Positions 6,827-17,488 of a stretch of 18,412 bases of DNA are shown piece by piece. Each line of letters starts with the position of its first letter. Position 1 is the first letter of the stretch. The notes below the pieces were generated by a model, which saw only the letters and a program-made list of their open reading frames with translations, had not been told where the DNA came from and did not search any database. The stretch comes from Candidatus Methylomirabilis sp. (GTDB lineage: Bacteria > Methylomirabilota > Methylomirabilia > Methylomirabilales > Methylomirabilaceae): positions 1-18,412 of the forward strand of contig JBGQJI010000037.1 in NCBI GenBank assembly GCA_041498975.1, written 5' to 3'. The position numbers and the translations under genes are program-made.

Positions 6827-6868
6827 CCCCTGAGGGGAGAAGGGAAGATTACCGGGGGTGAGAGCGGG
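6826..6868 (-). repeat. Truncated copy of the CCCTTCTCCCC/GGGGAGA repeat
   Basis: Minus strand CCCGCTCTCACCCCCGGTAATCTTCCCTTCTCCCCTCAGGGGA. The right arm ends at the ArsR remnant. Confidence 0.5.
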
Positions 6869-6875
6869 ACGATGA

Positions 6876-6894
6876 ACCGAGGCAGCCCCTCGGT
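6876..6894 (-). terminator. Hairpin directly after the lipoprotein stop codon
   Basis: ACCGAGG-N5-CCTCGGT, 7-bp stem with only a weak U-tract. Confidence 0.35.
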
Positions 6895-6897
6895 GCC

Positions 6898-7401
6898 TTA
6901 TTTCGCGAGATCCTGAAACGTGGCCTTTGATTTCCAGTAGACCCCGCGCACGACAAAGATCTCATCAGGGCCTGCCGTGGAGGTCAGCCAGAGCTGTTTT
7001 CCCGCAAGATCACCGTACTGAGCCTTTACGGGAAAGGTCACCAGGAGCATGCCTTCGTTGAGCTGGGCCAGGACCGTTCCCGCAGCCGACTTCACCTCTT
7101 CTGGTCTCACGATCATCCTGGCCTTCAGGTCAGGGTCTCGACGTTCGGCCCAGCGAATGCCCTCGCCGTCGGTGTTCTGGAAGACGAACCGCTTCGGCTG
7201 AAGTTGGCCCGGCGAAAAGAGGGGAAGAATGAGCTCCAGGGTCCCATTGTCGAGATACGCCACAGCGCCCGTTGCGGCACTGGATTCATAGCCGGAGGGA
7301 CCCGAGAGAGGATAGGTATAGGTGACCTTCGCGGGAAGGATCGCCGTCCCGGAGCAGCCGGCGAGCCACACCGCAATTAGGATCCATGCCACGCGCCTCA
7401 T
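6898..7401 (-). CDS. Hypothetical lipoprotein (167 aa)
   Basis: MRRVAWILIAVWLAGC lipobox signal with GGAGG RBS. No family recognised. Confidence 0.8.
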   Translation of the reverse strand: MRRVAWILIAVWLAGCSGTAILPAKVTYTYPLSGPSGYESSAATGAVAYLDNGTLELILPLFSPGQLQPKRFVFQNTDGEGIRWAERRDPDLKARMIVRPEEVKSAAGTVLAQLNEGMLLVTFPVKAQYGDLAGKQLWLTSTAGPDEIFVVRGVYWKSKATFQDLAK

Positions 7402-7429
7402 TGCAGCGCCTCCTTCCGCACTCCCCTTC

Positions 7430-8235
7430 TCACGCCGTCAGGGTTTGATCCACCAGCTCCCTCGCAACGAGCGAGTTCGTCCAGTATTTCACGTGCGAGT
7501 AGAAGGGGAACTCGTGAGTATCGATCCGCTGGTCCATGACGGAACTGTAGCCCTTCCGCCGCAAGGGGTTCCAGAAGCCAACGAGATCATCGGTGTCATA
7601 CAAGTTCACCCAGTCGAAAGCGGCGAAGTCAGCACTGTCCATATCGGCCTGGAAGAGCCCGATGGGGCTGCCCGCAGAGACAAACCCTCCAACGGGGGCA
7701 TTCGGAAGATCCTCGCGGATGATATCCAGGATGATGACGGAACCCAGACTATGGCCGAAAAGAACCGGTGGCAGGCCGCCCCGTAGGGGACGAGCGTCTC
7801 GCGAACCTTGGCCCGGACGCGAGGCCCGTAGGTGGGTGAAAAGTAGAACACGATATCCAGGATAGCGCTTAGGGCGTTTCCAATGAACCCTCCCTTTACG
7901 GCGATGAGCTTGGGCAATGGCGTCTTGAATGCCTCGGCCCGGGATTTTAGCTTGAAATCTGTCCGCTGCCCGATCAGCTTGAAAAGATCGAAGGCGGATC
8001 CAGCAAGGTCGCCGGTGAGCAGGTCGTCGATGACCCCGACGCCCCCGAGCAGCTTTCGCTCATCCACTTCAACGACATCAGACCAGAGGACCTCGTGGAA
8101 CCGAAAGCGGATCGTCGGCGCCTGGTTCTGCATGAGATCTTGCGTAGCACGGGAATACCCCTTGAGCTCATAGTCCCGCTGCCACTGAACCCCGTGGACA
8201 AACACCACATCTCGGGGAGCGTCGATCAGCGCCAT
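7430..8235 (-). pseudogene. Alpha/beta-hydrolase (lipase-like GHSLG), frameshifted near 7779-7782
   Basis: ATG at 8235 after GAGGA gives MALIDAPRDVVFVHGVQ.... After a 1-nt shift in a G4 run the frame continues LPPVLFGHSLGSVII...AGSPIG...WVNLYDTDDLVG...SHVKYW to the stop at 7430. Adding one base gives 268 aa. Confidence 0.8.
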
Positions 8236-8325
8236 GACAGGTTCCTCATCTTCTGCTGCGAGCAACACATACACAAGGTAAGAAAGAGTGGTGCGATCAG
8301 GTCCTGCCGGGGATGTCTTCTTTGA

Positions 8326-9432
8326 CTACCGCCAGCGCTGGACTGTGACGTAACCAATCCCTTCACGGATTTCGACGGTTGTCCCGAGGGCGGCTGAGAG
8401 GGTAGCGATGTCACCCAGAATCTTGAGTGCTTCCTCGCCTGAGGGAACCTGTGGCTTCCCTGAATCATCGAGCCGCAATGGCAACAGAGCGACGATGATG
8501 CCATTGGAGGAGATGGTCACCTTTGCCACCATGGAGCGATGTGCCTTTTCGGACATCCGGTAGTCAGGGCGGAACAGAAAGTTCCCGAGGCTGAGCAGGG
8601 CAACACCACCATTGCCTTGGAGGATACCCTGAGGGACATGGGGTCCGTGAGCGATCACAATATCCGCCCCGGCGGCTAGGACGCGTTGCACCAGAGCGAT
8701 GTGCTCCGGCAGCGGCTTCTCCGTCCAGCCCTGCCCTAGGTGAAGATGGAGTACCACTACGACGACATCCCCTGCGGCCACCAGCGTCGCTAGTTGTTCC
8801 TCCCCCGCGCATCCTTCCCAGGATGCCGCGCCTGCCCGGTCAGGTCCCGCTGAGAACCAATCCGGCTCCATGGCCAAATAGGCTACTACCGCTAAGCTGA
8901 CACCATGAACCTGCAACCGGACTGGTTTACAGGCTCGCTCAGAACTCTCGTCCGCACCTGTTGTCAATATCCCGCGCCTCGACAGTTGATCGATGGTCTC
9001 CTGTATTCCATGACGGCCACAATCAAGGATGTGATTATTCGCCAGTGTAGCAATCGCGAGTTCCGTAGGGCGGAGGAAATCCCCAATCCACGGGGGACTG
9101 TGAAAGGACGATTGCCGCGGGAAGTTACGACATATTCCTGGCGGCGGCTCCTTCGATAGGAGGACTCCTTCGAAGTTGAAGAGAAAGATATCTTGCTCTC
9201 TGAGCAGCTCCCTGACGTTGTGTAAGGGATCCTCGTGACCCCCACTGCCGCGGAGAATGTTGTACCCGTTTGTATCTCCAACCGCCGCAATCGTCACAGA
9301 CCGAGGCTGGTGAGGGCTTGGCCCACTCGTATGACCTTGAAGTGTCGAGGTGCAGCCGAACAGAAGAAGCGCCACAGCGACGACAAGAGATCGCTTCGCG
9401 CGCAGTCCCAAGGCGCCGCTAGTTGAACTCAT
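8326..9432 (-). CDS. CapA/PGA_cap-family metallophosphoesterase lipoprotein
   Basis: AAVGD, NFEG, LANNHILDCG, AHGPHVPQ and SLGNFLF motifs, plus LLFGC lipobox. Start uncertain: ATG 9432 or TTG 9411. Confidence 0.88.
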   Translation of the reverse strand: MSSTSGALGLRAKRSLVVAVALLLFGCTSTLQGHTSGPSPHQPRSVTIAAVGDTNGYNILRGSGGHEDPLHNVRELLREQDIFLFNFEGVLLSKEPPPGICRNFPRQSSFHSPPWIGDFLRPTELAIATLANNHILDCGRHGIQETIDQLSRRGILTTGADESSERACKPVRLQVHGVSLAVVAYLAMEPDWFSAGPDRAGAASWEGCAGEEQLATLVAAGDVVVVVLHLHLGQGWTEKPLPEHIALVQRVLAAGADIVIAHGPHVPQGILQGNGGVALLSLGNFLFRPDYRMSEKAHRSMVAKVTISSNGIIVALLPLRLDDSGKPQVPSGEEALKILGDIATLSAALGTTVEIREGIGYVTVQRWR

Positions 9433-9496
9433 AGTCCCTCTGCCACTGAACGCCGGGGACACACACCACATCTCGCGGATCGCGTATTATAGCCAT
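9419..9496 (-). pseudogene. Truncated duplicate of the 5' end of the alpha/beta-hydrolase gene (25 codons)
   Basis: MAIIRDPRDVVCVPGVQWQRDYEFN* versus MALIDAPRDVVFVHGVQWQRDYELK. 9423-9496 aligns to 8162-8235 at 61/74 nt with no gaps. Confidence 0.8.
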
Positions 9497-9557
9497 TCCA
9501 GGCGCCGGTTCTCCTGCTGATGTTTTGTGCGATGCATGCACCAAGGCATGAGCCTCT

Positions 9558-10472
9558 TCACTGTTGGGCCTTTTGCTTAAGCTCGGAGAGGAGAGCGTAC
9601 AGGGCGAAGTTGTATGGGGTGGGGATGCCGAGTCCCGCCCCATACTTTATGACGACGCCGTTCAGGGCCTCATGCTCCAAAGGCCTGCTTAACTCTCGGT
9701 CCTGAAGCATCGAGGTGTTGATGTCGGATCGCCGGGAGAACTTAAGGTTCCGCTCCCAGACCTCTTCAAAGGCCAGCGGGACCCCTGAGGCGACTGCCAC
9801 GGCGACGACCTCCTCGGTCACCCTCTTGGCCAGCTCCAACGTAAGCGGGTTCTCGACGATGGCCTTGACTGTACCACTAACCAAAGCGTTGATGGCGTTA
9901 AAGGGGGCGTTCCACGCGAGCTTCGCCCACAGGGCTTTTCTTATGTCCGGAGAGGCCTCGGCCGGCAGACCGCATCGGCCGAAAAACTGTTTGAGCTGGA
10001 GAACCCGGTCGCTGAGGCCCCCGTCCAGTTCGCCGAAGGCGATCTTTCCCTCCTCCTCGTGGAGGATGACCCCGGGCTCTGGGACGCTCGACCCGATGTA
10101 GGCGACCCCCGCCAAGACCTTCTCCTTCCCGACAACTAACGCGATCTTCTCCTCGTTGTCAATGCCGTTCTGCAGTGACAGGACGACAGTCTCCTTCCTC
10201 ACCATGGGGAGCGCCTGCCGCATGGCCCGCTCGGTGTCATATGACTTGACGCAGAAGAGGATGAGATCGACAGGCCCGACGTCCCCTGGATCGTCGGTGG
10301 CCGTGATAGGGATGGAGAAGTCGCCCTTCACGCTCTTCACGGTCAGGCCCTTGGCTCTCAGAGCGTCCAGATGCTTCCCTCGGGCGATGAATGTGACATC
10401 GGCGCCGCCTTTGGCCAGCAGGCCACCGAAGTAGCCCCCCACTGCCCCCGCCCCCATCACCGCCACCTTCAT
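9558..10472 (-). CDS. panE: 2-dehydropantoate 2-reductase (ketopantoate reductase)
   Basis: MKVAVMGAGAVGGYFG Rossmann motif, CVKSYD, LQNG, WAKLAWNAPFN, SMLQD, EHEALNG. Confidence 0.93.
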   Translation of the reverse strand: MKVAVMGAGAVGGYFGGLLAKGGADVTFIARGKHLDALRAKGLTVKSVKGDFSIPITATDDPGDVGPVDLILFCVKSYDTERAMRQALPMVRKETVVLSLQNGIDNEEKIALVVGKEKVLAGVAYIGSSVPEPGVILHEEEGKIAFGELDGGLSDRVLQLKQFFGRCGLPAEASPDIRKALWAKLAWNAPFNAINALVSGTVKAIVENPLTLELAKRVTEEVVAVAVASGVPLAFEEVWERNLKFSRRSDINTSMLQDRELSRPLEHEALNGVVIKYGAGLGIPTPYNFALYALLSELKQKAQQ

Positions 10473-10556
10473 TTCCGCATCTCTCGCTTCAATCCCCTCA
10501 TCCTGATCTCAAATTGCGGAATGTGGCTCTCAGGGTTCGGGACGGGATACAAGACC

Positions 10557-10609
10557 GCAGGGGCAGGGCTTGCCCTGTGCAATGAGGGCGCAGCAAGCAG
10601 CGCCCCTAC
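10557..10609. repeat. Inverted doublet of GTAG-type REP-like palindromes
   Basis: GCAGGGGCAGGGCTTGCCCTGTGC (10557-10580, plus strand, degenerate) faces GTAGGGGCGCTGCTTGCTGCGCCCT (10609-10585, minus strand). Confidence 0.72.
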
Positions 10610-10804
10610 AACTCGACAATGCACATGAAAAGGATTTCGAGAACGCAGCCTCATGGGTTGGTCGCAACGATGGCTTCGCTACGGCTTCAATAGCACCTTC
10701 AGTGCCTCCCCGGCATCGAACACGCAGTAGCCATGGGGGGCCTCGTCCAGGCTCAGGGTGGCCGCCCTTCTCTCGCCAACAATACAATCACTCCGATACG
10801 TATG

Positions 10805-11014
10805 CTACGACTCCCATGATGACGGCCCGAGACGGCCTCGCCGCGCACGGCCCAGCAGGCGTCTCAATTCATCCATGGTCTCCTCGAGCCATCTCAACCG
10901 TTCGGCCGCGCTGAGTTGAAGGCCAAGCCTGGCCTGGCGACGCCTGTGACCGTCGAAACCGCGATCGAATTCGCCTGCATCCTCCCGGCCGCTTTCGGGC
11001 ATAGTTTCAGGCAT
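10805..11014 (-). CDS. Small hypothetical helical protein (69 aa)
   Basis: AGGAGG lies 6 nt before the ATG at 11014. Sequence includes FDGHRRRQARLGLQLSAAERLRWLEETMDELRRL. Confidence 0.6.
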   Translation of the reverse strand: MPETMPESGREDAGEFDRGFDGHRRRQARLGLQLSAAERLRWLEETMDELRRLLGRARRGRLGPSSWES

Positions 11015-11150
11015 CGTCACCCTCCTGCCGTCGGCCCTCGGTGTCCCTCAGCGACTCCAGCGCAGCGACATCTTCCTGGTCCCTCCGGCGGGACCGACGC
11101 ACCCTCCCCTGCTTCCGCAGGCCAGCCGCGGTCCGCGAGCAAAGCGGAGG

Positions 11151-12492
<1,342 letters not shown>

Positions 12493-12515
<23 letters not shown>

Positions 12516-14268
12516 CCTTGCTGGACCGGCTCTCGGGCCGACCCGCCAGTGGCTCAGTGTATTCGGCCAGTGGGAAGCTGACGGTGACCACCGTCCCTTT
12601 GCCGAGGCCTTCACTCTGCACCTCGATGGTGCCCCGATGCTGCTCCACGATGCTCTGGCAGACGGCGAGGCCCAGACCCGTCCCCTTTCCCACCTCCTTG
12701 GTGGTGAAGAAGGGGTCGAACACCCTCGCGAGATTCTCCGGCAAGATCCCGCTGCCGGTATCCGACACGGACACGTCGAGCCATTCTTGCCCGGGGGTCC
12801 GCCCCGTCGCTTCCCGCCGTCGGGTCGCGACAATCCGGACCTCCCCGCCACCCTCGATGGCATCCAGCGCATTTGTCAGAAGGTTCAGGAAGACCTGCTG
12901 AAGCATCTGGGCATCCGCCTGGACCATGCTCCCCTCTGGAAATGAAGCCACGACGATCTGCTGATTCGCAAGGCTGGCCTGTCGCTGCACGAAAGACACG
13001 GCATCCGCCACCACGATCGAGAGGTCCACCAGGCCGAAGGAGGGCTCGCGCTGCCGGGCGAAATCGAGCAGGCGGCGGACGATGGCGGCCGCGCGGTTCA
13101 CTTCCTCCTGGATCATGATGACATACTCCTGGAATTCGGCCAGGCCCGAGGGGCTTGCGACCTCCCCTGCCCCAGCACGACGCTGGAGGGCCTCGGCGAA
13201 GCCGGCCACCGAGGAGAGAGGATTGTTGAGCTCGTGCGCCAGGCCCGCCGCCAAACGGCCGAGAGAGGCCAACTTCTCCTGCCGCACCAGCAACTGCTGC
13301 GACTGCTTCAGCTCGTCGTAGGAGCGCCGCAGCTCCTCATACAGGCTGGCGTTCTCGAGGGCGATGGCCGCCTGGGTGGCCAGCGTCATGGCAAGGGCCT
13401 CATCCTCTCCATTGAACTCCTCGCCCCCTCGCTTCTCGGTCACGTAGAGGTTGCCGAGGACCTTACCCTTTGAGATGACGGGCACGCCGAGGAACGATTT
13501 CATCGGGGGGTGGTTGGGCGGAAAGCCGTGGGCTCTGGGATCCCTTGCCAGATCTTTCAGGCGCAGCAGCTTCGCCTCGCGCACGACAACTCCCAGGATC
13601 CCCTTCCCGACGGGCAGCGGACCGATGGCCCGCTTGGTCATCTCATCGATCCCTGCAGTGATGAACCGGCGGAGGCCGCCCTTCTCATCCAGGACGCCGA
13701 GGGCGGCATACTTCGCATTCACTAACTTGCAGGCCATGTTGGCGATCCTCTGCAGCACCGCCTCGAGGGAGAGCTTGGCAGTGAGGATCATCCCCGTCTT
13801 CACGAGCATCCGGAGCTGGCCCACTCCTCTCTTGCTGAAGTCTTCCCGTTCCTCCGCAATGACGAAGGCCACATGAGCCAATAGACGGTCGGCCACGGGC
13901 GAATAGAGATCAAGGGCCTTCGTCAGTCTCTGCATCTCCCCTCGATATCTCCTGAAGAGCGATCGCCTGAAGACGTCATGGAGCGTGAGGATGCCTTCCA
14001 TCGCGCGTTCAGGGGTCATGCCTTCCGCCACACCCTGCATCGCCATAGACCGGGCATGGTCCAGGCCGGCCTCGTGCTTCCCGCTTTCCAGAGCGGCCAC
14101 GCAGAAATCGTAGAGCGCGCTGAACTCGCTCCCGATCCCCTTCGAGCTGAGGCCCTTCAAGAAACCCTTCGCCCTCATCCGCTGGACCCACTCCCGCCGC
14201 AGCGCTTCTCGCTTCTCGCGAAAGTGCGCAACCAGTTCTTCCCGTAGCGTGTTACTCCGCCGCTCCAT
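12493..14268 (-). CDS. Cytoplasmic sensor histidine kinase: RsbRD_N-like domain, DosS-type GAF, HisKA, HATPase
   Basis: GAF motif HGFPPNHPPMKSFLGVP, H-box AHELNNPL, N-box NLLTNALDA, DTGSGI, FDPFFTTK, GTGLGL. No transmembrane segment seen. Alternative start at 14310. Confidence 0.92.
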
Positions 14269-14381
14269 CGCCGCACCGCGCTTCAACTTGAACCCGCCGC
14301 TGCGCCACATCGCGGCCGGTCATGGCCGGACCCCCGAGCATATCCCTTCTCTCATCTCCTGACGCCTTTCCAGAAGGCTGC

Positions 14382-15485
14382 CTATGGCGCCCAATCCGCG
14401 ATGAAGATGTTCATCTCGCCGGGCTGCTTCCGGTTCCGGTGCGAGGCGAAGACCAGCTTCGTCCCGTCCGGCGAGAACATCGGGAAGCTGGCGAAGCTGT
14501 CCCCGTACGTCACCTGCTCCAGGCCCCTTCCGTCGAGATCGATCAGGTAGAGGGCAAAGGTCCGTCGGGATGGGTCGTGCAGGTTGGATGAGAAGATGAT
14601 CTGGCGGCCGTTCGGATGGATGAACGGCGCGAAGTTGGCCGAGCCGTTGTCGGTGATCTGTCGCTGATTCGAGCCGTCGGCGTCCATGATGAAGAGATCC
14701 ATCCGCGATGGGCGTGTCAGGCCCTGCTTCAGCAGCGCTTCATATTCGCGGATCTCGGCCTCGGCCGTCGGATGGTGGGCACGGTAGACGATCTTTGCGC
14801 CGTCGTGGGAAAAGAACGCTCCACCGTCGTAACCCCTCGCATACGTGAGGCGCCTGACATCGGTCCCGTCCGCGGCCATGGTGTAGAGCTCCAGGTCGCC
14901 GTCGCGCATCGACGTGAACACGATCCGCCTGCCGTCCGGCGAGATCGTCGCCTCGGCATCGTAGCCGGGCGTCTCTGTCAGTCGGGTCAGCCCGGAGCCG
15001 TCGAGATTCGCGCTGAAAATATCGTAGCCCGGATAGATGGGCCACACGTATCCCCTGGAATGGTCGGGCTTCGGCGGGCAGGCCGACTCCGCCAGGTGCG
15101 TGGAGGAATAGATCAATCGGGGCTGGTCGGGAAAGAAGAAGGAGCAGGTGGTGCGCCCCTCGCCGGTGCTGATCAGCTTGACGTCGGTGCCGTCGGCATT
15201 CATGGTGAAGATCTGATCGCACTGAAGGGGGTCGCGGGTGGACTGGAAGGTGAGACGCCGCCCGTCGGAGGAGAAGTAGGCCTCGGCATTCTGGCCACCG
15301 AACGTCAGTTGCCGGACGTTCCTGAGATGACGCTCTCGGGGGTCGCGAAGCGCCTCTGCCTCTCCGCCGTGGATCGGACGCTGCAGCGCCATGATCATAA
15401 CGACGGCGCTCACCGCCATTCCCACGATGATCGCAGGCATCCGATGCCGCAGGCGAGTGTCGCCGACCTCCTTTCGAGGGACCAT
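14382..15485 (-). CDS. Secreted TolB-like / PD40-repeat beta-propeller protein
   Basis: Repeated AEAYFSSDG, ATISPDG, AFFSHDG, PMFSPDG and (M/A)(N/D)ADG motifs, with a hydrophobic N-terminal segment. TGATG overlap with the peptidase stop. Confidence 0.88.
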   Translation of the reverse strand: MVPRKEVGDTRLRHRMPAIIVGMAVSAVVMIMALQRPIHGGEAEALRDPRERHLRNVRQLTFGGQNAEAYFSSDGRRLTFQSTRDPLQCDQIFTMNADGTDVKLISTGEGRTTCSFFFPDQPRLIYSSTHLAESACPPKPDHSRGYVWPIYPGYDIFSANLDGSGLTRLTETPGYDAEATISPDGRRIVFTSMRDGDLELYTMAADGTDVRRLTYARGYDGGAFFSHDGAKIVYRAHHPTAEAEIREYEALLKQGLTRPSRMDLFIMDADGSNQRQITDNGSANFAPFIHPNGRQIIFSSNLHDPSRRTFALYLIDLDGRGLEQVTYGDSFASFPMFSPDGTKLVFASHRNRKQPGEMNIFIADWAP

Positions 15486-17431
15486 CAACGTCGTACTTCC
15501 AAGGTCGCTTGCGACCGCTGCTCCTTTCCGCCGCGAAGGAAGGTGACCTCCACCCGATCGCCGGGCCGCTTGGTCCTGAGCGCAAAGGTCAGATCCTGAA
15601 GGTTCTTCACCGCGACGCCGGCGAAATTCACGATGAGATCACCGGCCTTGAGTCCCGCCCTCTCCGCGGGGCTGCCGGGCCGGACGCCACCCAACAGGAC
15701 GCCGGGAGCCTCCGACTCGGAAAAATCGGGGATCGAGCCGAAGTATGGGCCGTACCCGGCAACGCGTTCGCCGCCCTCCGTCCGCGGCGGCTCTCCTTTC
15801 GTTCGACGGTAGGCGATCGGGGCGTCCCGATCCGCGATCATCGCCGCGGTTCGATAGGCCATCGTCGTCACGATCCTCAGCCCATCGGCGTTGATCTTCT
15901 CGACTTCGTCAGTGGGGCGGTGGTAGTCGAGATGGGGGCCGGTGAAGAAGTGCAGGACCGGCCGTTCTTTCGCGTAGAAGGGAGTGTGATCGGATGGACC
16001 GAAGCCGTCATCGCGGAGCGTGAGGTCGAGGTCCAGGCCACGGCTCGCCTCCTTCACGATCGACCGAAGCTCCTCGCCCGAGCCGACACCCTGGATGTAC
16101 AGGCGATGCTCCCGCATCCGGCCGACCGAATCGAGATTGATCATCGCGATGGTCCGTTCGATCGGGATAGGGGGGTGCTTCACGTAGTAATACGAGCCGA
16201 GCAGGCCGACCTCCTCGCCCGAGAAGGCGACGAAGACCAGCGTGCGCCTGGCGCCTCCCGCGGCCACGAACGCGCGCGCCAACCCGATGACTGCGGAGGT
16301 GCCGGAGGCATTGTCGTCGGCGCCAGGATGAAGGGCATTAAACTTCGCGGGCGCGAGCGAGTTTTCCCCCCCGTGGCCCAGGTGGTCGTAGTGCGCGCCG
16401 ATCACGACCGCCTCATCTTTCAGGACGGGGTCCCGCCCCGGCAGAATCCCGATGACGTTGGCCGTCTTTCCGCGCTCACGGACCAGCGCGACGTTTGCCT
16501 CGACCTTCGCCCCTGGCAGAGGGAGCGACTTCGGCTTCAGCTCCTCGTCGATCTCCTTCTGAAGCCGCGACAGGGTGGTGCCGGCACGGCCTACCAACCG
16601 TTCGGCCACCCGGCGCAAGATGCTGATTGCGACAATTCCGCTGTCCGAGCTCGTGGCGCCGGTGAAAGAGAAGAGGCGCTCATATTCACCGCCATGATTG
16701 TTCGGATCGCTCACCAGCAGGATCGCGGTTGCCCCGTGCTCCCTCGCATTGATGGCCTTGTAACGATTGCCGGTATAGCGGAAGGCCTCGGCGGTGCGGA
16801 ATGGACCGCTCTGGTCCCGTTCCCGTGGCTCGTGGGTGAAGGCGATCACTGCCTTCCCCTTGACATCGATGCCCGCATAGTCGTCGTACCCGAGATCGAG
16901 GGCGGTGATCCCGTAGCCGACGAAGGCGATCTCGGCCTCAATCTTGCCCTCCCCGGAAAAGCCGAGCGGGTTGAACTCCTTCGAGAGGGCATACACCCGC
17001 GTCGGAGGGGTCACGCCGGGCGCGGTCACCGCCAACCGGTTGCCATCCCCCAACCGGATGCCCGTAACCAGTTCGAAGGGCTGCAGGAAACCACCCCCAT
17101 CGCCGCCCGCGCGCAGACCCGCCTTTCGGAACTCGCCGGCGATCTGTTCGGCCGCTTTCCTTGCGCCTGCCGACCCCGCCGCTCGCCCATCCATTGCCGG
17201 CGAAGCCAGGATCCCGACCTCTGTGACGAGGTCCCAGGCCCGGATCGTCTCCTCCCCCGGTCGCGGCCCGGGGATAGGCCCCGTCGCGCACCCGGCCAGA
17301 AGGCTGAGCGCCGCCGCCAGGGCCACGAATAGGATTGGTTTGAGAGGCCAAGCTGCTGCTCTCCCCCGGCCCGCGTGGGGGGATCGGCCAGAGGTCCACT
17401 GCCTGATTATCAGCGTCATCGTCCCTGTCAT
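15485..17431 (-). CDS. M28-family metallopeptidase lipoprotein with PA and PDZ domains
   Basis: LLAGC lipobox. PA domain FVGYGI...YDDY. Zinc ligands GAHYDH, GADDNASG, GEEVGLLGS, NLD, SDH, YH. PDZ GSPAERAGLKAGD. ATG at 17431 after AAGGAG. Confidence 0.92.
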   Translation of the reverse strand: MTGTMTLIIRQWTSGRSPHAGRGRAAAWPLKPILFVALAAALSLLAGCATGPIPGPRPGEETIRAWDLVTEVGILASPAMDGRAAGSAGARKAAEQIAGEFRKAGLRAGGDGGGFLQPFELVTGIRLGDGNRLAVTAPGVTPPTRVYALSKEFNPLGFSGEGKIEAEIAFVGYGITALDLGYDDYAGIDVKGKAVIAFTHEPRERDQSGPFRTAEAFRYTGNRYKAINAREHGATAILLVSDPNNHGGEYERLFSFTGATSSDSGIVAISILRRVAERLVGRAGTTLSRLQKEIDEELKPKSLPLPGAKVEANVALVRERGKTANVIGILPGRDPVLKDEAVVIGAHYDHLGHGGENSLAPAKFNALHPGADDNASGTSAVIGLARAFVAAGGARRTLVFVAFSGEEVGLLGSYYYVKHPPIPIERTIAMINLDSVGRMREHRLYIQGVGSGEELRSIVKEASRGLDLDLTLRDDGFGPSDHTPFYAKERPVLHFFTGPHLDYHRPTDEVEKINADGLRIVTTMAYRTAAMIADRDAPIAYRRTKGEPPRTEGGERVAGYGPYFGSIPDFSESEAPGVLLGGVRPGSPAERAGLKAGDLIVNFAGVAVKNLQDLTFALRTKRPGDRVEVTFLRGGKEQRSQATLEVRR

Positions 17432-17488
17432 GATCTCCTTCCTCATCACTATCCCCGCTGGAATTGAGCGTCAACGGCAAACTCGACG

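Noticed and set aside
8236..8328. The capA TAG stop is followed by 30 in-frame sense codons leading to the hydrolase ATG, suggesting readthrough or pyrrolysine
   Set aside because: The hydrolase has its own RBS and ATG, which the duplicated copy mirrors. No pyl genes or recoding signal are visible, and chance is a sufficient explanation.
12516..12872. Long N-terminal extension of the response regulator ORF
   Set aside because: It is an alternative frame inside the kinase HATPase domain.
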